This document shows, in pieces, positions 13,101 through 25,100 of a stretch of 64,000 nucleotides of DNA. Location of the stretch: NCBI GenBank assembly GCA_943704425.1, contig CALSCP010001275.1, positions 1 to 64,000 on the forward strand. The letters are read 5' to 3'. The position numbers and the translations under genes were made by a program. Below the pieces are notes generated by a model, which was not told the DNA's origin, searched no databases, and saw nothing but the letters and a program-made list of their open reading frames with translations. Each line of letters opens with the position of its first letter. Position 1 is the first letter of the stretch. The DNA comes from Ministeria vibrans ATCC 50519 (lineage: Eukaryota > Protista > Filasterea).

Positions 13101-16100
13101 CGGCCATGTTGCCCAGCGCCGTCGCTGGCTTCGTTCCCTGATCAAACGTAAACATGTCGAGCATTGTCTGTCCCGTCGCATTAGTAAACGGCTGCGAAAA
13201 CTCCTTGGCCATCTTAGGGTTCTTCTCCGAGCCAAATCGCGCAATGGCAAAGCGCTGCTCCGCACGACGCAACGCCTCCGTCAGCATCACCAGTGCCTCC
13301 CACATTCGATCTCGTTGCACACTCATTGTCCCCGAGTTGTCCACGGCAAGGAACCAGTCGATGGCAACCGGCTGGGGTCGCATGTACAGCACGTGGGCCG
13401 TCGTACGCAACACATCCACCAGCTTGCTCACCATCGCTTCAATGGGTCCCACACGAAGCAGGCGCGAATACGTCCACATGTCCGACTTTTTCATCATATC
13501 GGCCGTCACGTTGCCCTTGAGTACCTTCAGCTTGCCCCCCGATGGTCGCTCGGCGAGCACACGTCCCCGAAAGATAGCGTTCAAATCAGCAGTTTCAAGG
13601 TGACGCCGAAGCATATTGGCGTCTAACTTGACCTGAACTTGTCGCATTTCACCAGTGCCTCCGCCCGTGCCTCCACCACCCAGTGACACTGACGTGTCTT
13701 CAGTCGCTTTCCGCACAAGGGCACGCGCAGCCACCGGCATTTGCTGTTGCTGTTGCGGCGCCTCAGACGGGGTGTGTTGCTGCTGGTCCACAATGCGGAG
13801 ACGTGCAGCACGTTGCGTCGATGAACCGCGCCGACGACGCCCCTCCACACCCTGTGTCCCCATCAGATTCAGATCGCTTGCGGCATTGAAGTCGACCTCA
13901 ATGTCGTCTTCGTGTGCCGGGAACGCAACTTCGCGGCGCCGGTCGCCATCGTGTGCAGCCTCCTCCGAGTCTTCCAGTGCACCTTCGCCGGTCACACGCT
14001 CCAAGAAGTTCAGGTCATCGTCTTCTTGCTCGTCTATCCGCGAAATATCATGTTGCATCGACGAGTTCAGATGGTCCAATGTACTCGCACCACTCTGAGT
14101 GTGCTTGTTCGCGTCCACATCGTTCTTGGTCAGGCGGAATGGAGGCGCCACTTGGGTGTGCTTGCCCACACCAATGGCGAGATCATCAAACGCATGGCGC
14201 ATGTCGCTCGAAAGTAAGTCGCGCGGTACCCGTCCTAACACGCGGCGCAACGGATGGCCCATTGCTCGCACCATCTCACTTGAACGTGTCGAATCTGCTT
14301 CCGCACGCGCACTGCTAGCATCCAGCTGCAACGCAGTCGCTTCGAGGAGACGCAGCATGTCCACACCGTTTCGAAGAAAGTTGAGGCTGTCACGCACGTT
14401 CGTCGCTCCATGACTGGCACTCACACACATAGGCCCAAACGACGATGACCACAATTGCGTAGCTCGCTTCAACAGAGGTAGGCTGTGCGTCAGAGACTTC
14501 ATTCGGCGTTCGTCTCCATTCCCACCATTGCCACCTTTAGCACCAATGAAAATTTCTGCAACTCGATGGAGCTGTCGCATTTCCAACAGTTGCTGCTCCA
14601 TGCGCGAATTCAACCCCCGGTCAGGACCGCCCTGTGCTGCAACCGGCCCAACACCGTCAGCGGCAAAAGTACTGGGTATGGCTGCTGGAGGCATATTCAC
14701 TTCGGCAGGAAACGCATACCACTCACCTTCAGGTCCTTTCCCGGCCCTACTAACCCCTGAACGTCCAGCTTCAGAGCCAACTGGGGCGTCTGTGCAAGTA
14801 AAAGTGCCCTCACTGTGAGCGCCACTTCTGTCACTTGACCCACTTGAGCCACTTGGGCTGCTCGATTCCTTGCTGCTTGCTCCGGTACCACTAGTGCCAG
14901 CGTCGCTAGCACCACTTTCTTCGGTACCACTCAAACTTATCGTAGCGCACAGCTGACCAACACACATTGCAATACCCGCAAGTGCAAGCGCGGCAGGCAA
15001 AGAATTGCTGGCAGCCAAGAACATCGAAACACCCATGGTAATGTTGGCAACCGTCTTGACCTCGGCTGACGCATCCAACTCGGCCAAAAGCGAACCAAGC
15101 AACGCCGTGACGGCCGAAGGATCGTTCTTGGCGGCGTTTGCAAGGTTCTCGCCCGCCGCCGCAACACGCCCTGCCTTGGCAGCCATCACACCAGCTTGAC
15201 CCGGAAGCACATGGGACACACCCTTCAAAACAGTTGGCAGAGCTTCGACAGAATCATCGTTCTGAAGCTGGTCACACATCTGGTCCATCGCGCTCACAGC
15301 GCTGCGCACTCGCCCAATATTAGGCACGCCCGCTGTCTCAGCAATCAGCTGAACTGCCATTAATACCATGTGAGAGTCACCTGTGGCACTCACATCCAAG
15401 AAGTTGCGCACAGCCTGACCCACCGCAAACGCGGTCGGGCTCACACCGGAGGCAAACGCAAGCTCCTCCATTGCGTCCAACACATCTCGTGAGTTTTGTG
15501 ACTTGCTCAACTTTCGAATACTCTTGACCACACGCTTCACTTGCGCTGCCCGTTTGGGCGTAAAGATGACAGAAATATCCATTGCTCCATCAATCGCATC
15601 GATCGTCGAGATGGCATTCGTGCTGGCTCGCTCGGCCACGCCAGCAACACGCTTGAGCGACTGTTTGATGTGTTGCAGAGCAGATGCTTCCCGTTCGGAG
15701 AGCGCCTTCTCCACCAGCCCACTCAGTGAGCGCACGGCACCCGACGTATCCCCCTGCCCTGCAGCCTCAATCAGTACGTTCAAGTGATGCATGACACCTC
15801 CAGCTTTGACGTCGTCCGAGAGCCCGGGCAACAAAGTCAGGGCATGAGTACAGTCCTCATTCGACTGTTGAGCCAGACAACGGAGCTTCTCAGAGTCCTC
15901 CAACAAATTCCTGACCGCACCAATCACCATTTTCCCACTCTCGCCCACTCGATCCTGCGTAACGACCTCCAGTATCGACGACATATCATCGAGCATCTCG
16001 CGGGGAGCCACAGCATCGCCTTTGCGCACCATCTTTCCCACAATTCGCCCAAGCGTCCGACCCGCGTCGCCAGCAAAGCCCAAAACGGCTTCCAGTGCGT

Positions 16101-19100
16101 TTGCAGCTTCTTCACGCGTTGCGTCGCCCGCCAACACGCTGTTGGCCACAGCCAACACGTCGTCAACCAATTTGCAGCCACTGTGGTCCATAGCGGGCAC
16201 ATCCGCATCCGTCGCAATGCGCTCCGCAATCTCATCCAGCGACGGCTCCGCTGGAATGGATTCAACCATCGCCAGAAGTCGTTCGACAACCTTTGCGGTC
16301 CGTTGGCCGTCTCGCCCGCCCACAATGCTCGCTAGATCGCTGCCGGTACGCAGGGCACTGTGAACACTGAAATCAAAGCCTTTGCTCATGTCAATCAGGC
16401 CAGACACAACGTTGGCAGCATTCACAACTGCTTCACGGTGAGTCTCAGGCATGGCATTGGCCGCAAGTTGGCCCATGCTCTCCATCACACCGCCAATATT
16501 GCGAACATCCATTGCCTCCAGAATGGCCACGCCAAGCTCGGCGTCAATCGCACTCACTCCAAACAGCTCCGAGACACGCTGCAGTTGACTTGTTTCCTCC
16601 ATGCTGTTCAGTGACTGCGCGTGCTTCATGAGGTGACTCATCGCCTGCAGACGCAGCGCACCCTCTGGCGGGAGATGTTCACCCGCTAAATGTTCCATCA
16701 GGCTCGCCGCGTTGCTCAACACTTCATCAAGAGGAGGAGAGCCATGCTGACGCACTAGACTGGCGCAGAGCGCGCCCACCTCACGCAAGTGATCGTTCCC
16801 ACTGGCGCGGAGCGTTCCCTCAATGACACGCGCAGCCGCTTCACACGGATCGTCCACGGTCGCCATGGCAAACAGCGCTTCGCGAACACCGACTCGTGCT
16901 CCTCCAGCCACACGATCCCGCAACACACTGCTTAGTGCACTCCACAACGGATCTCGCTCACCGACCACCAAGTCTTCCAACCGCTTCTCCTCCATCATAC
17001 GCGTCAATTGTTTGGCAGCCTCCACAGCATCGCCCTCGACCAGACTCCGCGCGAGCTTGTGCAACGTACCCTCGGGCAACTGCTCCGCCACATCCAGCGC
17101 TACCTCCGACACACTCTCGGCACTTGTGCCACGAGAGGCCATCACCATGCGAGAGGCCAACGTAAGCCAGGGCGCCGTCGCATCCCGCACCGGTTTGGGT
17201 GACGCTGCATTAACCATATTGTGAACGATTTCGGGTGCGGCCGAAGCAACATCGCAGTTGTCTGATTCGTACTCCCCTGCACTGAGCCTCTTCAACTGCG
17301 CCGCCACTGCCGTGCTCTGAAAAAACGTTCGCATGGCGCACTTCACCGCGTTCACACCTTCAACATCAGACTGAGCGTTCATCACATGCTCAAACACCCT
17401 CCTCGTTCCCTCCTCCACCGACACTGTACCATCAACGGAGCCAGACACAAGGTTGGCAAGGCCGTCGTACAGGGGGTGCATTTCGGTCGGTACCTTCACA
17501 CGAAGAAATTGCAACAGCTGTGTCACAAGCGTACTCCCCGAGTGTCCCGCATCAGCGTTGCCGCCGTTCTGCTGCGCCTTCAACCGCTGCAGTATGCCTG
17601 AGATCCCACCACTCACCGGCTGCTCCGTCTTCATTTGTGACTGCAGGCGTTCAATTACCAGTCGGCTCGATTGCGGCGCACGATTCAACGCACAATCTAA
17701 CACGTGTTTATCTGACATGGCACGTGCAGAGGTGAAAAACGCATCCGCTCCTCGGTCTTGGTCATTGGGTCTCGCAGCCACCATGCGTGTCACCTCAGAC
17801 GCCACAGTCGCTGCTGTCGCAAGTGGGAACTCTTGCAGATCGTCGCGTGCAACAAAACCTTGCAGACGAGCGGCATCGAGAGCCGCCAGTTGGTCCCACT
17901 CAAAAGGCAGCTGGCGTGCGGGCTGAAGCTCCTCTTCCGCAGCCGCGACGTCAACAACCCGACCTTGCACGAGAACGGACACAGTGCGAGGAGATAGCTT
18001 CTTTGTCAACGGATCCATGCTATAATCATTCCGGCCGACAAGACGAAGCTTTGTCTCGAAGGATCCCACGTCCATTGTTTGGGCGTTGATCCCAATTGTA
18101 AGCGACACGGTGCGCTTCTCGTTGACATGAAACGAACGAGCACCACCAGCCACTTCCTTCCCGTCGCAATTCACGGTCACAGTATCCATCCCGTCTGTGA
18201 GGACCTCAAGCTCAAGTGTCACATTGCCAACATTGGTGACTGTCATGCCCTTAAACGTCTTGGTGGTCCCGCGACAAATCGTGCCCAGGTTCCAAAAGGC
18301 AATGGGAGACACCGTCATCACTGCACGATGTACCTCCAAGCGCACGTTCACCTGTGGACCACCCGAACCAAGCTGTAGCGGCACGATAGATCGTTTCGTT
18401 GGCGGAGGCAGAGGCACAGGAGCGTAGCGGAGTGTCACGCATACCAAACCGTTCTCGGCAATCGTTGACGGTGCCTCCATCGACCAACCAGAAGGTGGAG
18501 CTTGTAGAGTGAGTGTGCCAGGAGCAGAGCCCTTGTTTCGAACGGTCAGTGTGTGCTCCACGAACGGCATGTGATCCTCATTGACGAGCTTCAGCTTCAT
18601 CTGCGGCGAGCGCTCAACCGTCAGCTGTGCCTCACCCACAAGTACAATGACATTCGTTGTCAAAGACTCCCCTCCGCTCAACCTCACTTTCAAAGTCAGA
18701 TTCTTCTTTGACGACCACCGCGATGTCGGCGCAGTCAATGCGAGAGGAAGAGAACGACGCTGGCCCACAGCGACAACAGCACGGTCTGCCATGGCGAGTG
18801 TGGCCTCTGACGAAGAGTGCGGTAAAATCTCTGCCTGGAAACGCACCTGGACCTTGCCAATGTTCTCAAGTGCAAAGTGCACAACCCTATGTTCTCCCGA
18901 CCGCATCACCACCTGTGGTAACGAGTCAAAGCCCGTCAATCGGCCAGTCTCGGCCACGACTTTCTCACTCACAGAGCCTTCAAAAAGCGCATGAAGACGA
19001 ATTCGAGGCATAATAAACGTGCCGCTGATTGAAAACTCACGCACATGGTCTGCACTGTGAACACCAACCACCAGTGTGCTATTCTTGATGTCCCACGCCC

Positions 19101-22100
19101 GCTCTTGCAACGCACTCGCGGAAAATTTCGACAGGCTGCCAGAGGGTATCTTTGATGGCGGTGCTACCGTCACCGCCAGAGTGCGAGTCGCGTGAGCGCG
19201 CAGAAGCAAGTCTTCGGAGCTCAGCTCAATCGGCCCAAGCGTGCTCTCAGACACAGTCAACTTGGCACACACACGCACTGGGAAACTCATTCGTGAGCGC
19301 ACTCGCAGCGGTTGAGTAACGCGCGATGCACCCACTCCGATGAGTCCAAAGTCAATCGACTCCTGATCAAACTCCACAAGCAATGGCTCCACGCGACCAT
19401 GCAGAGACAGACTCAGCATAGACGACACTTTCATGTCACCATCTGCGCTTCCATCTCCACCCAGCAGCTCCAATTGCAGTGAGCAAGCGCGATCGCCACA
19501 CTCGCCCCGCGGTTTCATCACCAACTTGACCTCGAGTCGACGCTGCGGTGCCAAGGACACCGCGTTCGGTGCGTGACAAACAAAGCTAGTCGTGTTGCCT
19601 TCGAGAGCGACACGCATGTGAATGAGCGTACCAGTGTCATTGTCGACGTACAGCACGCGTGTGACATTGTCCGTGTCGAACAGCACCGTGCCAAAGTCCA
19701 CATCGGCTTCCGACTGCGAGAACCCCAGGTTGTCTCCACCACACACTGAAATGGTCAGTTCGGTCGATTTTACGGCAGCAAGAGGATCATTGCTGGAATC
19801 TCCAGTGACGTTTGCAGCGCTGCCCCCACGCTCAAACTCTGTTGCATCAGCGGGACTCGTACTCGAGAGAAGATTGTGCATGCGGCGCAGGAGATTCCCT
19901 CGTGCTCGCTGGCGCGCCATGCTGCTGTCAATGGCCCGCTGAAGTGGCTTAATTCGAGACGTGAGTTCGCGCTTTCGTACGTCGGCAAGCCATCGGCCTT
20001 CCAACATGCCTTCAAGTGTCTTCTCCCAGTCCCGAGGCACGGCTGCCAACACGTCCACCTCTGCTTGATGCATCAATCCACTGACACCAATCGCCTGTGA
20101 CAGAAGACACAGCATCAAAGAATGTACTACCTCCGATCCAACGGTGCTCAGCAACTCGATTGCGCTGGTAGGTACTTTTTCTCGCAGAAAATTGCGCACA
20201 AACCGCATGCCTGCACTGCCTGCTAGAAGCAAATTTTTCATCGCGTCTTCCTTCACCAAGGAGACCACATCTGATGCTGTTTGATGGTTGGTAGGTGCCT
20301 CCTCCAGTCGACGCAACGCTGCAAGGATGTCGTCACGCAGACTCTCCATGGCCACTCGTTGCTCCTTGAATTTCGTTCCTTCTTTCCACCCTCGCCCAAA
20401 GTGCACCACCTCACTTGTTGGGTTCTGCAACCATCCGTTCACATCGCTCTCAGGCAATAGAGCACGCTCCAGGGCAAAAACCAGCTGAGTGATGTGCTGC
20501 TCAAGCGACTCTGAAGCCTTCGAACATGCTTCAAGTGCCGTGACCAGCGGATTCTGGTTGATGTAGAGGCTGTCCAAGCTGCGCTGCTTGTGCCAGTCAC
20601 GCTCAAGCTGCGCCTTCACTTCTTCCGGCCGCTTTGGTGTCGGCTGTTTGCCTTTACCTTTACCTGGTGCATACACAGGGTGAGATTTGGCATAGGCCGC
20701 CTGTTGATACGCGTCAATAACCATATCTCGTGTCACTTCGTCGACGAGAGGCACGTCGTCGCGCAATCGCGTGCCCCATTTCTCGTCACCAAACGTGACA
20801 CCATAAAGCAAGACTCGATATCCAACGGAGAAAAGCGACTCGGAATTGTGGCAGTGACACTCAATCGCTTTCAGATCTTCAAAGCTATAAGTTCGCGACA
20901 TGAACTCGCCATCGTCCTTGGTGACTTTTACCACAAAATTCAGTGTGTCGGGGTCGGTGAAGCGGAAAGACAGAGACTTGGTGTCGAAAAAATAGTGCCT
21001 AACCTTGTCAAGCACACTGAGGCCCACTTTCGTTGAGGGCGGTACAACTCCCTGTGACGCGGTCACCTCAACCGCAGACAAATGCTTCGAGCTAAGGCCA
21101 GAAAACTTGAGCAGCACGGAGTGAGGTCGTTTCACAAAGAAGTCTCCAAAGCGGGGAATCCTTGACAAATCGATAGTCCCCGGTTGTAGGAGTCGTTCGG
21201 CCTTGCCAACAAGATCTTGCTGACTGGCATAGTCACTGCACTGTACCAGTTTGTACAAGAGGTGTGTGTACTCCCAGAGATTGTCCGCGTAAAGGTTAAT
21301 CCAATCGTGGTGCCTCTGCAGCTCCTGTGCGTACTTGAGTTCTTTCGCCCGGCAATCCGCCTCAAATTCGTTCCACTTGGTCGATGCATAGCGCACCTTT
21401 TCGTCAACAAGGTCCCTCTGTCTCGTTGCACGGAGCCTTGCAACATCGTCTAGGCGGGCGCGGACATCGCTCAAGTAGCCCTTCAATACAGCACTCAGCG
21501 TCAGCTTTTGAGGCATGTCATGTAGCTTCCCCAGTGCCGAGCGCAGTTGATCCGTGGCCGACTGGCGAATAACGTTGTAGATACGCTTCTCAATCGACGA
21601 TAGGACGCCTGACACTGAGCCAACCGTTTTGTCCAGGGCTTCGACTGGCGCCAACAATAAATCCTTGGAGGCTGCGCACTGGTTCTGAAACATCTCGACA
21701 AGCGTGCCGACGTCCACTGTGTCCGGTGACAGGGCTTGAAGCCCACAAAGTAAGTCACCAACATCTGGCACACCGCGTGTCACCAGCTCGGAAGTCGCCC
21801 ACGCACGTCCAAACCAGTCGAGCAGCACGGACTCGGGCAGTTGCTTGCCAAACGTGTTTTGTTCGTCGTCCATCACAGCGTTGCACAGGTGGTCACGCAA
21901 GCGAGGCAAGTTCAACGCATCAACAACACGAATGAGAGTAAAGTCCAACCAATAGGCGCCGCTGTCGGGAACTGCATCGCCATCGTCACCGTCCTCTCGT
22001 CGCGTGCGCCAGTACGGCTCTGAGACAGTTCCTCCAGCAGTCGTCACAACCACTCCTTCCATAGGAGGTTCCGTCTTGAGCTTCCAAACACTGCCAAGCT

Positions 22101-25100
22101 TGTGTTGCTCAAGTGGAGGGATCGTATCTGTCCATTCTTTGAACCAACGTGTCCACAGAGCCATAAGAGTCTGAACAAGCACAGCCGACACACGCTGCAT
22201 GTGTTTGCGTACTTCATGCGCCACCGGAGCAAAGCGATTGCGTCGTCGAAGCAGCGTCTGGCCCCACGCCTCGGTCGCGCTCAGCAGCTCTCGCACTGCA
22301 CCGGCGCGTACCGCCTTCACAAGAGCACACTCGGCATGCAAAGGAGTCTCCACATGTGTCGTAGCAAGCTGCCTGATGGCGCGCAGCCACTGAATGCAAT
22401 ACTGCGCCTCGTCATGACTCGCACCGCTCACTAGTGCCTTGCGCACCAACTCGTTGGCACCCTTGTCAACAAGCGAGTCCACTCCCAAAAAAGTAGCACA
22501 GCAGCGCACAGCTTGCTCGCACACTTGGTCCATGACAAAAGACGGCTGAAGAAGAAAGTCAGTGATGTCTTGCAAGACAATTTCCGCGTCCTGCACCACC
22601 GCAAAGGGCGACGGCAAGTAGTCGTGCGCCAGCATAAGAAAGATGCGTGACAGCGACTGCATCGTCGATGGAAGCTGTCGCACATGCTCGTAGAAGGCGC
22701 GTTCCACCTCTTCGTCGCCACTGGGCAGGCGCCCGCCATAGGCCAGATCCGCACTGCGCTGCCCCTGCCATCGCTTCAAGGCTTCGTCCACAGAGTCGTA
22801 AATGCTACCAACGGCACTACGAGAACGCAGAAAGCGCACACACAACTGCAATCCGCGCGCCACATAGATTTCCACAGTTGCCACGCACGTCTCCATAGCC
22901 TGGGTCGGTCGAGTAAAGCGAGTCTCTTTGATAGCCACAGAGGTTCTCAAACACTCGTGACAGAGCCAAGCAATGTCTTTGTGTGCCATTTGGCTGCGTT
23001 GGAGCACAGCGTCATACAACTGACCAAGACGACGATGCAGTTGCACGCGCTTCTGACCAAGCTCAGTCACAGAATCGTGCCATGCGGGAGACTTTAACAG
23101 AGTTACGGCCTTCACTCTAGCGGGCCAGCTCGTAAGCAGGCTGAGAAGCGAGCGAGACGCCGTTTTGCACACCGTCACGAGCTGTTCCGTGGCTCGACGC
23201 ACCGCATCCGAAGGATCCAACATCTCACATACCTTTTGCATGGAACTTTGGAGGCTCATCATGGCACGCTCAAGCTCGTATACGTCCTCGTCGCGTCTCG
23301 TCACGCACGGCCAGTGCACAAGATGATCTCGTACCAGCGAGCCAATGTCCAGCAATCGTCGCTCAAAATCGCTACGCATTGTTGAAACGGACTCATTCTC
23401 ATCCTCGCCACTCCGACTGCGTTCTCGGTCAAGACGTCGTGCCTCCTCTTCCGTCATGGTATACGACGCATGCGTGAGGTTGCCAATAGAGCGCCGCACA
23501 GCACGATCGCTGAGGGACCAAATGCGCTCAATCTCCTTGAGAAGCTCAAAAAGATCGTGTGACACGGCCTGACGCTTCCGGCGTCGTTCCTCTTCAATAC
23601 GACGTTCGTATGACTGAACCAAGGCCAGCTGACGAGCTTTGGCTGCCTCAGCGGTGTTCAAGCTGTCCTTTGCATCCTTCAGATCCAATTCCATTTTTCT
23701 CAAACTCTCCTGCAATTGATAAGTCTGATCATGGCACTGCCATTGACGCTGCATGTCGGTCAGAGTACGTCGAGTGTCACTCAAGCTGTTCCACTCGGCA
23801 CGCTCTTCTTTCATCTTCTTTTGCAATCCGTCCACGTTATCATGGAAGGAGAGTACGCGCTGGTTCAAGCTAGACACACTTGTATTAGCACGGTTCAGGT
23901 TGCTGAGCAAAGTGGTATCAATCTCGACATTCAGCTGGAGTTGTCCACTCGACGACGTGCCGTCCGACGACGCAAGACACGTATGTAGGTGGCGCTTTAC
24001 GCGCTGTGCAAGCTCGTCGGCAGTCGCCACCATTGTCAGCACCAAGCCGGCACTTGCTGGCAGCATGTCACCGACTGAGCTGCACATGTGGCGCACACTG
24101 TCCATCGTGACACACGCCTCCAAAAGACTACATAGCGTCGTGGGCAATGTCCGACGCAAAACCTCGGCACAGTCACTGCCAAAGATCTGGTGACCATTGT
24201 GAGCGTAGGAGGAGAAACTCGTCCGTAGAAGATCGTCTGACATGACATCGGTGAGATTGGGCACCTGCACGGCGAACAAGCGCGGGTCCACCACTTCGCC
24301 ATCCATCAGTGACTGATCGATTGTACGCGATACGTGCCACAGTCGCTTCACCGCAGCAACATCTTCCGGGACAAAGAGCGCCAGTACATCACCAATATTG
24401 AGCGAGGGCGGCTCGAGTGTGCTCTGCAGCGTTGACCCGGCCAGTGCCAGAGATGAACGAATTTGAGTGACGCGCGCTGTGAGCTCACAGCCATACTCGT
24501 AAATGTTTGTCAGCATTGGCTTCTTGTCGGCAAGCCATTGACGTGCAGGGCGACACATCTGCTCCAATCTGGTGTGGTTTTCGTACAGTTCCAGAAGATT
24601 CGCGTCCGTGCAATTGGCAACAACAGCCCGCACTTGCTCTTCGTGGCACACCTTCTCCAGTTCCACCGCATCCTTGTTGCCCTTACGAAACTGCTCGACG
24701 GTCAGCGCGGCCCGGTCCGACAGCTGTGCTGCCAAACGGTACATGAGCTCGGCCAATCGCGCAGTTTCCTCCTGGCTTGGTGCCTCCGCCAGCGAGGCAC
24801 AGAGTCCCTGCAAATGCTGCCACTGCTCACGCTGCACGCGCACGCGCATCAACAGGCCCAGTGGGTGCATGTCATTGTCCGTCCCTCGCATGTCAATCGA
24901 GCGAACCGAATCACTTCCGAGGCGAACGCACCGACTGACAGGTGAGAGAGATGCAACGGTGCCCACCAGCTCTTTGAATTGCTCGTCGCTTGCCATACGA
25001 CCGGTCTCGTTGACCTCGCTGTTTGCTTGTACACCAAAGTTCGCCGCCTTGAGGGCCTCCACATCGACTAGTAGACGCACTTCGTTCAGACGCATCAGCA

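Noticed and set aside
11266-13626. 786-aa plus-strand ORF
   Set aside because: Antisense shadow of the giant gene's vWA region; His/Leu/Arg-rich with no motifs, as expected from biased codon usage.
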